DNA of 64,000 nucleotides from Hyphomicrobiaceae bacterium (lineage in GTDB: Bacteria; Pseudomonadota; Alphaproteobacteria; Rhizobiales; Hyphomicrobiaceae), in contig JAWLCO010000006.1 in NCBI GenBank assembly GCA_041687075.1, positions 243-64,242 of the forward strand, in the 5' to 3' direction. The position numbers were made by a program, and so were the translations under genes. The stretch's first letter is position 1. The number at the start of each line of letters is the position of its first letter. Below, piece by piece: positions 19,629 through 29,202 of this stretch. The notes under the pieces are model-generated. The model searched no databases and had not been told where the DNA came from. It worked only from the letters and a program-made list of their open reading frames with translations.

Positions 19629-20271
19629 CCCCCAACAGAACCGGCGCCTGCCCCGCGTATTTCCGCTCGGCCACTTCCCTGACCAGAAAGTCCGCCACGT
19701 CGGCGCGGCTGATCTGGCCGGCGCGCCATTCGGACGGATCGAGAAGGGCGCGGTACTGCCCGGTGGCGGGGCCGTTGGTTAAGAGACCTGGACGGACGAT
19801 GGTCCAGTCGAGGCCGCTTTGGCGGATGATCTGCTCCTGCACGTCCTTGTCGTCGTAGACGCGCTTGAGCACCAGCGGAAAGATCACCCAGTCGTAGAGC
19901 AGGCCGCCGTGGCCGCGGCTTTCGCCGGCCCCGATGCCGGTCACGGCGACCAACCGGCGCACGCCGGTCTCCTTCATGGTGTCGACGAGCGCACGGGTGG
20001 CGGTGGAGAACAGGCGGGTGCCCGAAATCGTCGTGCTTGCGCTGGGGGCGGCGCCGAGGGTCACGATGACCGCGTCGACGCCCTCCAGGGCGTTCAGCAG
20101 GGCGGTCTTGTCGGTAGCGTCGCCTGTGACCTTCTCCAGCTTCTCATCCTCGATGGGAATGGTCGAGGCGGACCTTGCGAGCGCCCGCACGGAGTGCCCG
20201 GCAGCGAGCGCCTTGCGTACCGTTTCGAGCCCTGTGCCCCGGCTGGCTCCGACAATCAGGATGCGCGCCAT
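19621..20271 (-). CDS. NAD(P)H-binding atypical SDR (NmrA/BVR-B-like oxidoreductase)
   Basis: N-terminal Rossmann motif MARILIVGASRGTGLETVRKALAAGHSVRALARS; 216 aa. Confidence 0.8.
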   Translation of the reverse strand: MARILIVGASRGTGLETVRKALAAGHSVRALARSASTIPIEDEKLEKVTGDATDKTALLNALEGVDAVIVTLGAAPSASTTISGTRLFSTATRALVDTMKETGVRRLVAVTGIGAGESRGHGGLLYDWVIFPLVLKRVYDDKDVQEQIIRQSGLDWTIVRPGLLTNGPATGQYRALLDPSEWRAGQISRADVADFLVREVAERKYAGQAPVLLGGE

Positions 20272-20336
20272 CGGACTGCTCCTTGCGCGTGCGCCTCACC
20301 GCCCCCTTGGCGTCGCAATCCGGGCAGGATCGCAGG

Positions 20337-20762
20337 TCAGCTTGCGAGCGCCTGCCGGATCTTCTCCGCGTTGGCGGCAAGCACCTCATTGTCCTCCATC
20401 TTGCCCGTATGCGGTCCGAGCTGGACGCCTTCCCATCGGGGCAGCACGTGGAAGTGGAGGTGGAAGACGACCTGGCCGCCCGCAGGCTCATTGAACTGCT
20501 GGATCGTGACGCCGGTTGCGTCGAAGGCCTTCATCACCGCCCGGGATAGCCGCTGGACGGTCGCCATGCAGGCGGCAAGCTGCTCCGGCGTGGCGTCGAG
20601 GACGTTGCGCGCCGGCGTCTTCGGAATGACGAGCGTATGCCCCCTGCTGCGGGGCATGATGTCCATGAAGGCAAAGGTGTGCTCGTCCTCATAAACCTTG
20701 TGGGCCGGCAGCTCGCCTCTCAGGATCTTCGCGAACACGTTGCTGTCGTCGTACGTGGTCAT
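20337..20762 (-). CDS. HIT (histidine triad) family protein
   Basis: 141 aa with NVFAKILRGELPA and the histidine triad HLHFHVLPR. Confidence 0.9.
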   Translation of the reverse strand: MTTYDDSNVFAKILRGELPAHKVYEDEHTFAFMDIMPRSRGHTLVIPKTPARNVLDATPEQLAACMATVQRLSRAVMKAFDATGVTIQQFNEPAGGQVVFHLHFHVLPRWEGVQLGPHTGKMEDNEVLAANAEKIRQALAS

Positions 20763-20790
20763 GCACCGTCCTCATCGTTGCCGTTGGACA

Positions 20791-22005
20791 TCAGAACGTT
20801 TCTTCGGTGGCTGCCGTTGCCTTCCGGTAGGGACCGTAGGCGGCCAGCACCTCCCTGTGCTCGGCCACTTCCTGGCGCTCCTCCTCCAGATAGCGCGCAA
20901 CCGCCCGGCGGAAGTTGCGGTCGGCAATCCAGTGCAGCGAGTAGGTCGGAACCGGCATGTAGCCGCGCGCCAGCTTGTGCTCGCCCTGCGCACCGGCCTC
21001 CACCCGTGACAGTCCGCGGGCGATCGCGAACTCGATGGCCTGATAGTAGCAGACCTCGAAATGGAGGCACGGGTGATGCTCGATGGCACCCCAGTAGCGG
21101 CCGTAGAGGCAGTCGCCGCCGATAAGGTTCAGTGCGCCGGCGATGTAGCGTCCCTGCCGCCTGACCATCACGAGCAGACAGCGGTCGGCCATGGCTTCGC
21201 CGAGCAGCGAGAAGAATCGGCGGTTGAGATACGGCCGGCCCCACTTGCGCGAGCCGGTGTCCATGTAGAAGTCGAAGAAGGCGTCCCAGTGTTCCTCGTG
21301 GATGTCGCTGCCGGTCAGGTGCTCGATGGTGAGGCCTGGGCCAAGCGCCTGGGCGCGCTCCTTGCGCACCGTCTTGCGCTTGCGCGAGGCGAGGCTCGCC
21401 AGGAAATCCTCGAAGGTCCGGTAGCCTTCATTGTGCCAATGGAACTGCTGGTCCGTACGCTGCAGGAAACCAAGGTCCGGCAGGCGCTGCCATTCGCCTT
21501 CGGTGGGAAAGGTGATGTGAAGGGATGAAACGCCGAGCTTCTGGGCGAGCGTGACGGCGGCTGCGGCGAGAGTGCCTTCGCGCTCTTCACTGTCCGGGCC
21601 GGGAGGAACGAGCAGCCGCCGGCCCGGAACGGGGGTGAAGGGGACGGCGCTCAGCAGCTTGGGATAGTAGCTGCCGCCGGCCCGCTCGTAGGCATCGGCC
21701 CAGCCCCAGTCGAACACGTACTCACCGCGGCTGTGGCTCTTCAGATAGCAGGGCATGGCGCCGGCGATGCCGCCGCCGGGCCCTTCGAGGAGGAGATGCT
21801 GCGGCAGCCACCCGGTATGCCGGTTGACCGTGCCTGCGTCCTCCAGCGCCTTCAGGAAAGCATGTGCCAGGAACGGGTTGAACTCCCGGGCGTCCGGATT
21901 GGCGCACGCGTCCCATGCACCAGCGTCGATTTCGGTCATCGACGTGGCGACGCGCACGACAGCAGTTTCACTTCGTCCCATCATCGCTCCGAAACGCTCC
22001 GGCAA
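20791..22005 (-). CDS. GNAT-fold / FemAB-like acyltransferase (DUF482-type)
   Basis: About 400 aa. WDACANPD, FLKALEDAG, YYPKLLSAVPFTP and HFEVCYYQAIEFAI resemble the conserved DUF482/BioF2-like N-acetyltransferase family. The start is uncertain. Confidence 0.7.
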   Translation of the reverse strand: MPERFGAMMGRSETAVVRVATSMTEIDAGAWDACANPDAREFNPFLAHAFLKALEDAGTVNRHTGWLPQHLLLEGPGGGIAGAMPCYLKSHSRGEYVFDWGWADAYERAGGSYYPKLLSAVPFTPVPGRRLLVPPGPDSEEREGTLAAAAVTLAQKLGVSSLHITFPTEGEWQRLPDLGFLQRTDQQFHWHNEGYRTFEDFLASLASRKRKTVRKERAQALGPGLTIEHLTGSDIHEEHWDAFFDFYMDTGSRKWGRPYLNRRFFSLLGEAMADRCLLVMVRRQGRYIAGALNLIGGDCLYGRYWGAIEHHPCLHFEVCYYQAIEFAIARGLSRVEAGAQGEHKLARGYMPVPTYSLHWIADRNFRRAVARYLEEERQEVAEHREVLAAYGPYRKATAATEETF

Positions 22006-22067
22006 TCCAGCATATCAGGCTGCCTGCGCCCGTTCGACGGCTGCTCTACCGAACGCGGCCTTTTGCT

Positions 22068-22388
22068 TCAGGTGCTGTCGAGCAGTCGTAACCCCAGCAC
22101 GCCTGCGATGATGAGGCCGAGGCAGGCGATACGTGCGGCATCTGCGGGTTCATCGAAAAGCAACATGCCGAGGATCGCGGTCCCGGTGGCGCCGATGCCG
22201 ACCCACACGGCGTAGGCCGTGCCGATTGGCAGCGTCCTGGCCGCCACCGCGAGCAGATACATGCTCGCAGCCATCGCCAGCAGTGTGAATACGGATGGCC
22301 ATAATCGCGTGAACCCTTGCGTGTACTTCAAACCAATGGCCCACACGACTTCCAGCATGGCGGCGACAAGGAGCATTACCCAAGCCAT
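22068..22388 (-). CDS. sugE: SMR-family transporter, SugE/Gdx (guanidinium exporter) type
   Basis: 106 aa with 4 TM segments and the conserved membrane Glu in [22 protein letters not shown]. Preceded by a guanidine-II riboswitch. Confidence 0.9.
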   Translation of the reverse strand: MAWVMLLVAAMLEVVWAIGLKYTQGFTRLWPSVFTLLAMAASMYLLAVAARTLPIGTAYAVWVGIGATGTAILGMLLFDEPADAARIACLGLIIAGVLGLRLLDST

Positions 22389-22406
22389 GGAGCTCTCCCG
22401 AATGAA

Positions 22407-22453
22407 GCAGGGTCGTTCCTGCCGAGGCCCCTTGGCTGTGAGGTCGTCCCCAC
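22407..22453 (-). promoter_or_regulatory. Guanidine-II (mini-ykkC) riboswitch
   Basis: The minus-strand RNA reads GUGGGG-ACGA-CCUCAC, a 15-nt linker, then GCAGG(A)-ACGA-(C)CCUGC. That gives two hairpins with ACGR tetraloops. The second ends 18 nt before the sugE ATG, next to the SD sequence GGGAGAG. Confidence 0.7.
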
Positions 22454-22514
22454 GGGCAGTCCAGCAGTTTCAATCAGCTCATCAGCTTCGATGATCAAGA
22501 CGCACAGGCTCCGG

Positions 22515-23291
22515 TCAGGCAAGACTGGGATCGCAGCTCTCGAAGATCGGCGCGTCAGCCCATGCGGCGGCGCGCCGGAGCTGGTCCTTCGTGCGTACGG
22601 TCCATGCGAAAAGGGGCAAGCGCACCACCTCGCGTGCAAAGCGGGTGACGGGCGTCGGCAGGTCGTCGACGTGGTAGGCGATGAAGCTGGGGTGAGCCGG
22701 CCCCGCCTCGAGGCAGTGGCTGAGGCGGAAGGCGCGCTCGGCGTCGATCGCATCCGGCAGATCGTCCGCCTTCTGGTAGTCACCGGACACGATGCCGCGT
22801 GGAATGTCCGGAGCCAGCCCGCGCAGCGCCGTGATGATCGCGGGATCGAACGACATGAGAGCAATGGGTCCCTGATAGGTGATGGAGAACTCCGCCACAG
22901 CCGCAAGAAATCGCGGGTCCGGCTCGTCCCAGTCGCTCTTGATCTCGACCAGCAGCGGCACCTTGCCTGCAACGAGCTCCAGCAGATCGCGATATGGGAG
23001 GAGCAAGGTGCTCTGACCACGGTAGCGGAGCGCGGAGAGCTCGGCCGGGCTCCGCGCGGCGACCGCACCTTCAGCATCTACGAGCCGGTCGAGCGTCGCA
23101 TCATGGAACACGAACGGCGTGCCGTCGCGGGCCGGGCGCAGGTCGCATTCGATGCCAAATCCTGCAGCAATGGCCGCCTCGAACGCCGGAGCCGTGTTCT
23201 CGATCCGGCCGACGGCGGCGTCGTGCAGGCCGCGGTGAGCGATGGGGCGCAGGAAGTCTGTACTGAGGAAGACGCATCCGTGATCGAACAT
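22515..23291 (-). CDS. Glycerophosphodiester phosphodiesterase family protein
   Basis: N-terminal IAHRGLHDAAVGRIENTAPAFEAAIAAGFGIECDLRPARDGTPFVFHD matches the GDPD catalytic motif pattern (HRG...EN...E.D). Confidence 0.85.
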   Translation of the reverse strand: MFDHGCVFLSTDFLRPIAHRGLHDAAVGRIENTAPAFEAAIAAGFGIECDLRPARDGTPFVFHDATLDRLVDAEGAVAARSPAELSALRYRGQSTLLLPYRDLLELVAGKVPLLVEIKSDWDEPDPRFLAAVAEFSITYQGPIALMSFDPAIITALRGLAPDIPRGIVSGDYQKADDLPDAIDAERAFRLSHCLEAGPAHPSFIAYHVDDLPTPVTRFAREVVRLPLFAWTVRTKDQLRRAAAWADAPIFESCDPSLA

Positions 23292-23429
23292 CGCCCGGCC
23301 CGAGATCGTTTACGTTGCAGGAAACCACAATCTGGTAGACGTGAGAGTGCTGACTTTGCAAGCCGCATCCACCGTGCGAGGGTTCCCGCCCAGGCGAGAA
23401 ATGCGGCGCGTGCTCGCTGGAGAAGCTTA

Positions 23430-24302
23430 ATGGGCGTTGGACCGAGACTGGTCGCGGCAGGGCTGGCATGGATTGCGGTGGCCGCCTGCGCAACGGCTGG
23501 GGTGGCGGAAAGCGGCGGGCTCGTCCCACATCGCGCCGTGTACGATATCACACTTGCGGAAGCGCGCCCGGGTGCCGGGATTTCCGAGCTCACGGGACGG
23601 ATGGTCTACGAGCTGACCGGGGCGGCCTGCACGGGCTTCACACAGAAGATGCGGTTCGTCACGAGCACCACGAACCAGGAGGGCGAAACGAGCATTACCG
23701 ATATGCGCACGTCGAGCTGGGAAGATGCTTCGGGCGACCGCTTCCGGTTCGAGAACAGTCAATACCGCGACCAGCAGCGGATCGAGCAGACCGCCGGAGA
23801 AGCGGTGCGCAGGAAGAACCACGGAGAAATCCGGGTCGAGCTGAAGCAGCCGAAGAAAAAGGTCATCAAGCTGCCCGAAGGCGCGATGTTTCCCATCCAG
23901 CATTCGAGCCGGCTGCTCGAGGCCGCGCGCGAAGGCAAGCACGTTTTCGCCACCGATCTGTTCGACGCCTCGGAGAAAGGCGAGAAGGTTTACGCGACGA
24001 GCGCCTACATCGGGTCCCGTCATGAACCAGGCTTCAACCATCAGCTGCCGGACGTGACCAATGGCGATGCGCTGGACAGTCTGGCCGCATGGCCCGTGGC
24101 CCTGAGCTACTACGAGAAAGGATCGGAGCTGGAGGACGCGGTGCCGTCCTACGAGCTTTCATTCATATACTTCGAAAACGGTGTTTCGCGGCGCCTTCTC
24201 ATCGACTACGGCAACTTCTCCATCCGGGGGGAGCTGAAGGAGCTGCAGATGCTCGAGCCGGAGGCATGCAAAGCCGGCCGGAAAGGCGGCAAGGCGCGCT
24301 GA
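23430..24302 (+). CDS. Secreted DUF1849 / EipB-like envelope protein
   Basis: Only the C-terminal 290 aa of ORF 22317..24302 is coding-like. It begins with signal peptide MGVGPRLVAAGLAWIAVAACATAG, then HRAVYDITLAEARPGAGISELTGRMVYE, which I recall as the DUF1849 pattern. Assignment is from memory. Confidence 0.65.
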   Translation: MGVGPRLVAAGLAWIAVAACATAGVAESGGLVPHRAVYDITLAEARPGAGISELTGRMVYELTGAACTGFTQKMRFVTSTTNQEGETSITDMRTSSWEDASGDRFRFENSQYRDQQRIEQTAGEAVRRKNHGEIRVELKQPKKKVIKLPEGAMFPIQHSSRLLEAAREGKHVFATDLFDASEKGEKVYATSAYIGSRHEPGFNHQLPDVTNGDALDSLAAWPVALSYYEKGSELEDAVPSYELSFIYFENGVSRRLLIDYGNFSIRGELKELQMLEPEACKAGRKGGKAR

Positions 24303-24344
24303 GCCCCCCGCGCTGGCCTCGCTCTAACGACTCGTGCCGGAGTA

Positions 24345-25271
24345 CTATCCGGCGCGTCCCCAAAGCCACGCGGCCCCGCGCACGCCGCTGGCATCGCCCC
24401 ATTTCGGCGGGCGAATATCGATGTTGGCCTCGTCGGACAGAACGAAAGGTGCCATCAACTTCGGCAGAACGTCATAGAGATGCTCGAGCTGGGAGAGGCC
24501 ACCGCCGAGAACGATCACCTCCGGGTCGAGGATGTTCACCACGTGCGCCAGCGCGCGAGCGAGCCGTGAGGCATGACGCGCAAGCGTTTCGCGGGCGGCT
24601 GGATCACCGGCGGCTGCGCGCTCGCCGATTTCAGTAGCGAGTATCCTCTCCCCGGTCGCGCGCTCGTGATCCGATTCCATAGCCGGGCCGGCAACCCAGG
24701 TCTCGATGCAGTTCGGCCGGCCGCACCAGCAGCGCCGGCCGGGATACTCGTCCGGCTCAGGCCAGGGGAGGGGATTGTGTCCCCATTCACCGGCGATGCC
24801 GCGGGGGCCGTTCAGGAGTTCGCCGTTGATGACAATTCCACCGCCACAGCCCGTGCCGAGGATGACGCCGAAGACGCAATGTGCCCCCGCGGCTGCGCCG
24901 TCCGTCGCTTCCGACAGCGCGAAACAGTTGGCATCGTTCGCGAGGCGGACCCGCCGTCCGAGCCGCTGGGAGAGATCGCGATCGAACGGCTGCCTGTTGA
25001 GCCACCTGGAATTCGAGTTCTGCACCAGCCCGGTTGCCGGCGAGATCGAGCCCGGCATTCCGACGCCGACCGTGCCGCGGGCCCCAGCCTCGGCCTCGAG
25101 CTGAAGAACGAGGTCGCAGATGGCGTTAAGCGTTCCTTCGTAATCACCACGCGGGGTGGGAACGCGAAGCTCCTCGCTGATCCGCTCGCCAGGCAACAGG
25201 GCTACGGCAGCGATCTTGGTGCCGCCAAGATCGACGCCGATCCGGATGGGCTCTTGTCCGATGGCCGTCAT
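24345..25271 (-). CDS. ROK-family sugar kinase (NagK/Mak-like)
   Basis: IGVDLGGTKIAAV ATP-binding motif, GTGCGGGIV, and the zinc motif CWCGRPNCIETWVAG. Confidence 0.85.
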   Translation of the reverse strand: MTAIGQEPIRIGVDLGGTKIAAVALLPGERISEELRVPTPRGDYEGTLNAICDLVLQLEAEAGARGTVGVGMPGSISPATGLVQNSNSRWLNRQPFDRDLSQRLGRRVRLANDANCFALSEATDGAAAGAHCVFGVILGTGCGGGIVINGELLNGPRGIAGEWGHNPLPWPEPDEYPGRRCWCGRPNCIETWVAGPAMESDHERATGERILATEIGERAAAGDPAARETLARHASRLARALAHVVNILDPEVIVLGGGLSQLEHLYDVLPKLMAPFVLSDEANIDIRPPKWGDASGVRGAAWLWGRAG

Positions 25272-25558
25272 GTGCTCTCCGCGTGCTTGGCAAGTAACTC
25301 GATGGCCTCTCCGATCCGTTCCGGCGGCAGGGAGGCGGCCGCGGCGAACACGAGTAGCATGGATTCATCGCCGGCCAGGTGATCGAGCACGGCCCAAAGC
25401 GTTTCCGGCTTGCCAGCCTGTGCGCTTAGCTCAGCCCCCGTGAGCCCGGTCAACGCCAGAAACCGGCCGAGCCGCGTCTCGTCCTCGGCGAGGAAAGCCA
25501 GGGCCTTGAGACCGATGATCTCCGCTTCGTCAAGCTTCAACGTGTATCTGGAGCGCAT
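25268..25558 (-). CDS. DUF3572 domain protein
   Basis: 96 aa. The sequence AEIIGLKALAFLAEDETRLGRFLALTGL...LLVFAAAASLPPERI and its position divergent from divK-pleD fit the conserved alphaproteobacterial DUF3572. It overlaps the ROK start by 4 nt. Confidence 0.7.
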   Translation of the reverse strand: MRSRYTLKLDEAEIIGLKALAFLAEDETRLGRFLALTGLTGAELSAQAGKPETLWAVLDHLAGDESMLLVFAAAASLPPERIGEAIELLAKHAEST

Positions 25559-25706
25559 CGCGGCGTGCTCTTTGTCAGCATGGAAAATATTCCGTGACTG
25601 TACACCTTAAACTGTTGGTTACGGCTTCCGGGGCACATTGCGCCTGCTGCGGGTCCGTCGAATCGGTGCAAGAGTGGGTTGGGTAAAGAGCAGGCTGGCC
25701 GAGGCC

Positions 25707-26156
25707 ATGAATTATCAGGATCGAGGCGCGACCATCAATGGCCTGCGACCGCTCGTGCGCCGATCGGCCAAGCTCGTCCTCATCGTGGAAGACAACGAGC
25801 TCAATATGAAGCTCTTCCACGACCTGCTCGATGCCCACGGCTATGCAACTCTGCAAACGCGCCACGGGATGGAGGCGCTCCATCTTGCGCGCAAGCACCG
25901 TCCCGACCTGATCATCATGGACATCCAGCTTCCTGAGGTCTCCGGGCTGGAGGTCACCAAGTGGCTCAAGGACGACGACGAGCTGCGCGACATCCCGATC
26001 ATAGCCGTCACCGCGTTCGCCATGAAAGGCGACGAGGAGCGAATCCGCGAGGGCGGCTGCGAGGCCTACATATCCAAGCCCATCTCCGTAAGCGGCTTTA
26101 TCGACACGATCCGCCGGTTCATAGGAGAATCGCGTCTGCCGAATAGTAGTGCGTAA
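25707..26156 (+). CDS. divK: Single-domain response regulator DivK
   Basis: [25 protein letters not shown]...[22 protein letters not shown]...[14 protein letters not shown]...YISKPI. The start is uncertain (ATG 25707 or a downstream in-frame GTG). Confidence 0.85.
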   Translation: MNYQDRGATINGLRPLVRRSAKLVLIVEDNELNMKLFHDLLDAHGYATLQTRHGMEALHLARKHRPDLIIMDIQLPEVSGLEVTKWLKDDDELRDIPIIAVTAFAMKGDEERIREGGCEAYISKPISVSGFIDTIRRFIGESRLPNSSA

Positions 26157-26166
26157 GGTTAAGGCA

Positions 26167-27540
26167 ATGACTGCTCGCGTTCTGGTGGTCGACGACATCC
26201 CGGCCAACGTCAAGCTGCTCGAGGCGCGGCTGTCGGCGGAGTATTTCGATGTGCTGACGGCGTTTTCCGGTCGGGAGGCACTGGATTTCTGCAGCCGCGA
26301 GCGCATCGACGTCGTGCTGCTCGATGTCATGATGCCGGGCATGGACGGGTTCGAGGTCTGCAAGCACCTCAAGTCGGATCCGACGACACAGCACATTCCG
26401 GTCGTCATGGTGACGGCTCTCGATCAGCCTTCCGACAAGATCCAGGGTCTCGAGGCGGGTGCCGATGATTTCCTGACGAAGCCCGTCGATGACATTGCCC
26501 TCATCACGCGCGTGCGCAATCTCGGCCGTCTGAAGATGCTCAATGACGAGATCCTCATGCGTGCCGAGACGCGGGAGAGGATGGGGCTGGCGCCTGTCGA
26601 CAGCCTAGCCGACGCCTTCGGCCATGAGCGGGGACGCATTCTGCTCGTCGATGACAGCCGCCGTTCTGCCCAGCGTATGGTCGACATGCTGGCCAGGGCC
26701 GGTCACGAGACGGTCGTCGAAAGCGATCTGCAGGCGGCCCTCATCGTTGCGGCGGAACGGAAGCTCGATCTGCTGATCGTCAGCCTCAGCCTTGCCAATG
26801 CGGACGGCCTCAGGCTGTGCAGCCAGGTGCGCTCGCTCGACAGGACGCGGCACCTGCCGATCATCATGGTGGTCGATCCGTCGGATGAGAGCAGGCTGCT
26901 GCGCGGGTTGGATCTCGGCGCCAACGACTACCTCATCCGGCCGATCGACAGGAACGAGATGCTGGCGCGCGTCAGGACTCAGATCCGGCGCAAGCGTCAC
27001 TCGGAGCACTTGCGGACGCGGTTGGCCGAAAGCGTCGAGCTGTCGATCAAGGATGCGCTGACGGGGTTGTTCAACCGGCGCTACATGGAGAGCCACCTCA
27101 AGGCGCTCGTCGATCAGTCCACCGCCACGGGGCGGCCGCTGTCGATCCTGGTCGCCGACATCGACCTCTTCAAGCGCATCAACGACACGCACGGGCACGC
27201 ATCGGGCGATGCGGTGCTGAAGGAGTTCGCGGCCCGCTTCCGCCGGAACACGCGTGGCGTCGATCTCGTCTGCCGGCTGGGCGGCGAGGAGTTCGTCGTG
27301 GTGATGCCGAACACCGATATCCGGTGGGCGTCTCAGATCGGGGAAAGACTGAGAGCCTGCATTGCTGCCGAGCCCTTCCGGCTGGATTCCGGCCATAGTC
27401 TCGCAATCACGGCCAGCGTCGGCGTGGCGTCCGTCGAAAGTGCAGATGACACCCCTGCAACACTGTTCAGACGCGCCGATAGCGCGCTCTACATGGCAAA
27501 GCGTGCAGGACGCAACCGGGTTGTCGTCGAGGCGGCTTGA
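26167..27540 (+). CDS. pleD: Response regulator / diguanylate cyclase PleD
   Basis: Two receiver domains followed by a GGDEF domain with RLGGEEFVVVM and an RxxD-type I-site context. Immediately follows divK. Confidence 0.9.
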   Translation: MTARVLVVDDIPANVKLLEARLSAEYFDVLTAFSGREALDFCSRERIDVVLLDVMMPGMDGFEVCKHLKSDPTTQHIPVVMVTALDQPSDKIQGLEAGADDFLTKPVDDIALITRVRNLGRLKMLNDEILMRAETRERMGLAPVDSLADAFGHERGRILLVDDSRRSAQRMVDMLARAGHETVVESDLQAALIVAAERKLDLLIVSLSLANADGLRLCSQVRSLDRTRHLPIIMVVDPSDESRLLRGLDLGANDYLIRPIDRNEMLARVRTQIRRKRHSEHLRTRLAESVELSIKDALTGLFNRRYMESHLKALVDQSTATGRPLSILVADIDLFKRINDTHGHASGDAVLKEFAARFRRNTRGVDLVCRLGGEEFVVVMPNTDIRWASQIGERLRACIAAEPFRLDSGHSLAITASVGVASVESADDTPATLFRRADSALYMAKRAGRNRVVVEAA

Positions 27541-28168
27541 TCCAAAAGCGCAGTGAAATGAACAACTTGCGTGTGCTGTTTGACTGCCCGCAAGTCGCGA
27601 GATCGCCGGCTAGCTCGCTCTAAGGTTGTAGGCGAACTTTCACTCGTTCATGCAGCGTGTTGACGATGCTGGCGAATCACAATTCGTGCGGCTTGCAAAG
27701 CAATTGGCGATCTGTCAAGATTGCACTTGGGACAATCTACCACGGTTAAACTCGGGCGGTTTGGATCTCGCGAACGCAAGCAACCAGAGGTCCCCGACGA
27801 GTTCGGTAATGTCCGCTGCGTCTCAGGTCCGCCGCATCTCCTGAACGCACGGACATGGGTCGGCCTGCAGCTGGAGTTGGCCTCCTCGTTTGGCTGCAAA
27901 TGGTCGATCTCACCAAGCGGGGAGCCAACGCCCTCTTTGGCAATCCGCTTGGTTATCAGGTCAGGGACTGCGACGTACTCGGACTTCTACCCCGCTGCCG
28001 AGAATCGTTGCGGGCCCTGACCGAGGCCCTTCTTCTCTTGGGAAAAGGCGAAAGACAGTCAACTCCGGTTGCCGCATAGGCCCGGAGCACCGCAATCAAC
28101 TCACTGGTCGATGAGCCTGCCTCGCTTGGCCCAAAGCGCCGATCAACGCAGGGCCGGTGAAAGCCAGC

Positions 28169-28336
28169 CTACTTGATCTTGGCTTCCTTGAACTCGACGT
28201 GCTTGCGCGCGACGGGATCGTACTTCTTGAAGCTCAGCTTCTCGGTGCTGGTACGCGGGTTCTTCTTCGTGACATAGAAGTAACCGGTGCCGGCCGTCGA
28301 AAGCAGCTTGATCTTCTGCGTGATTGGCTTCGCCAT
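28169..28336 (-). CDS. rpmG: 50S ribosomal protein L33
   Basis: Not in the ORF track (55 aa). Manual minus-strand translation gives [55 protein letters not shown]. Confidence 0.95.
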   Translation of the reverse strand: MAKPITQKIKLLSTAGTGYFYVTKKNPRTSTEKLSFKKYDPVARKHVEFKEAKIK

Positions 28337-28360
28337 GACGTCCTGCAGACCTTGAGCGCA

Positions 28361-29164
28361 TCATGCGCGTTCATTGAAATTCGGGCGCACCATACCTTGG
28401 CCGCTCCCGGTGTCAAGTTGTACTGATGCATCGGCCACGGTCAGAAGCTCCCGGCGGAATGTCCCGTTCTTATGGTGGTAATAGGGCACCGGGGCCTCGG
28501 CCGACCCGTTCTCAGCATCCCGCAGGAAGTCCGTCAGGTCCTCCAGGATGACGCGTGTAATGGCCGGAATATCGAGGCTCCGCGCCTCCTCGATGGTGAG
28601 CCAGTGCAACCCGGACAGCTCCCCGTCGTCGGAGGTGTCGACCTCGTGACTGATCTCGTCGGCCGAGATGCAGAAGAAGCGGGTGTCATAGCGCCGGGGC
28701 CGGCCCGGGGGCGTAATGGCGCGCGCGAAAAGCCTGAGCGAGCTCAGCTTGGGCAGGTAGCCGCAGGCGAAGAAATCGTTCCAGCTCTCCACCGCGCAGG
28801 TCTGGGTGGAGGTCGCGGGCGCGCCGATGACGACCCCTGCCTCTTCGAAGGTCTCACGGACGGCGGCCATGCCGAGCGCACGCGCTCTCCCGGGGCTCGG
28901 GTGTCCCTTCATGTCGAGCAATAATTTGCTGACCTCGATCGCCAGCAGCTCATCCGCACTTTGAATGGTGCGGTCGCTCTCGTCGACGCGCCCGCCCGGG
29001 AAAACGTACTTGCCCGGCATGAACACCTGATCGAGTCGCCTGCGCCCCATCAGCACGCGCGGCGTACCCATCACCCGGTCGATGATGACGAGCGTGGCGG
29101 CATCGCGCGGCCGCATGGATTTTGCTGGATCGCTCCCGGCGGGTGGCGTGCTGGTGCTGGTCAT
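28361..29164 (-). CDS. NUDIX hydrolase
   Basis: Nudix box context GKYVFPGGRVDESD...AAVRETFEEAGVVIG; 267 aa. Conserved neighbour of rpmG in Rhizobiales. Confidence 0.85.
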   Translation of the reverse strand: MTSTSTPPAGSDPAKSMRPRDAATLVIIDRVMGTPRVLMGRRRLDQVFMPGKYVFPGGRVDESDRTIQSADELLAIEVSKLLLDMKGHPSPGRARALGMAAVRETFEEAGVVIGAPATSTQTCAVESWNDFFACGYLPKLSSLRLFARAITPPGRPRRYDTRFFCISADEISHEVDTSDDGELSGLHWLTIEEARSLDIPAITRVILEDLTDFLRDAENGSAEAPVPYYHHKNGTFRRELLTVADASVQLDTGSGQGMVRPNFNERA

Positions 29165-29202
29165 CGAACCTGGAGGGCTGGGTCGCGTAAGGAAGTTGGG
29201 GG

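Noticed and set aside
22317-23429. N-terminal 371 codons of the 661-aa plus-strand ORF
   Set aside because: This part is antisense to sugE and the GDPD gene and looks non-coding. Only the part from ATG 23430, which begins with a signal peptide, is a credible gene.
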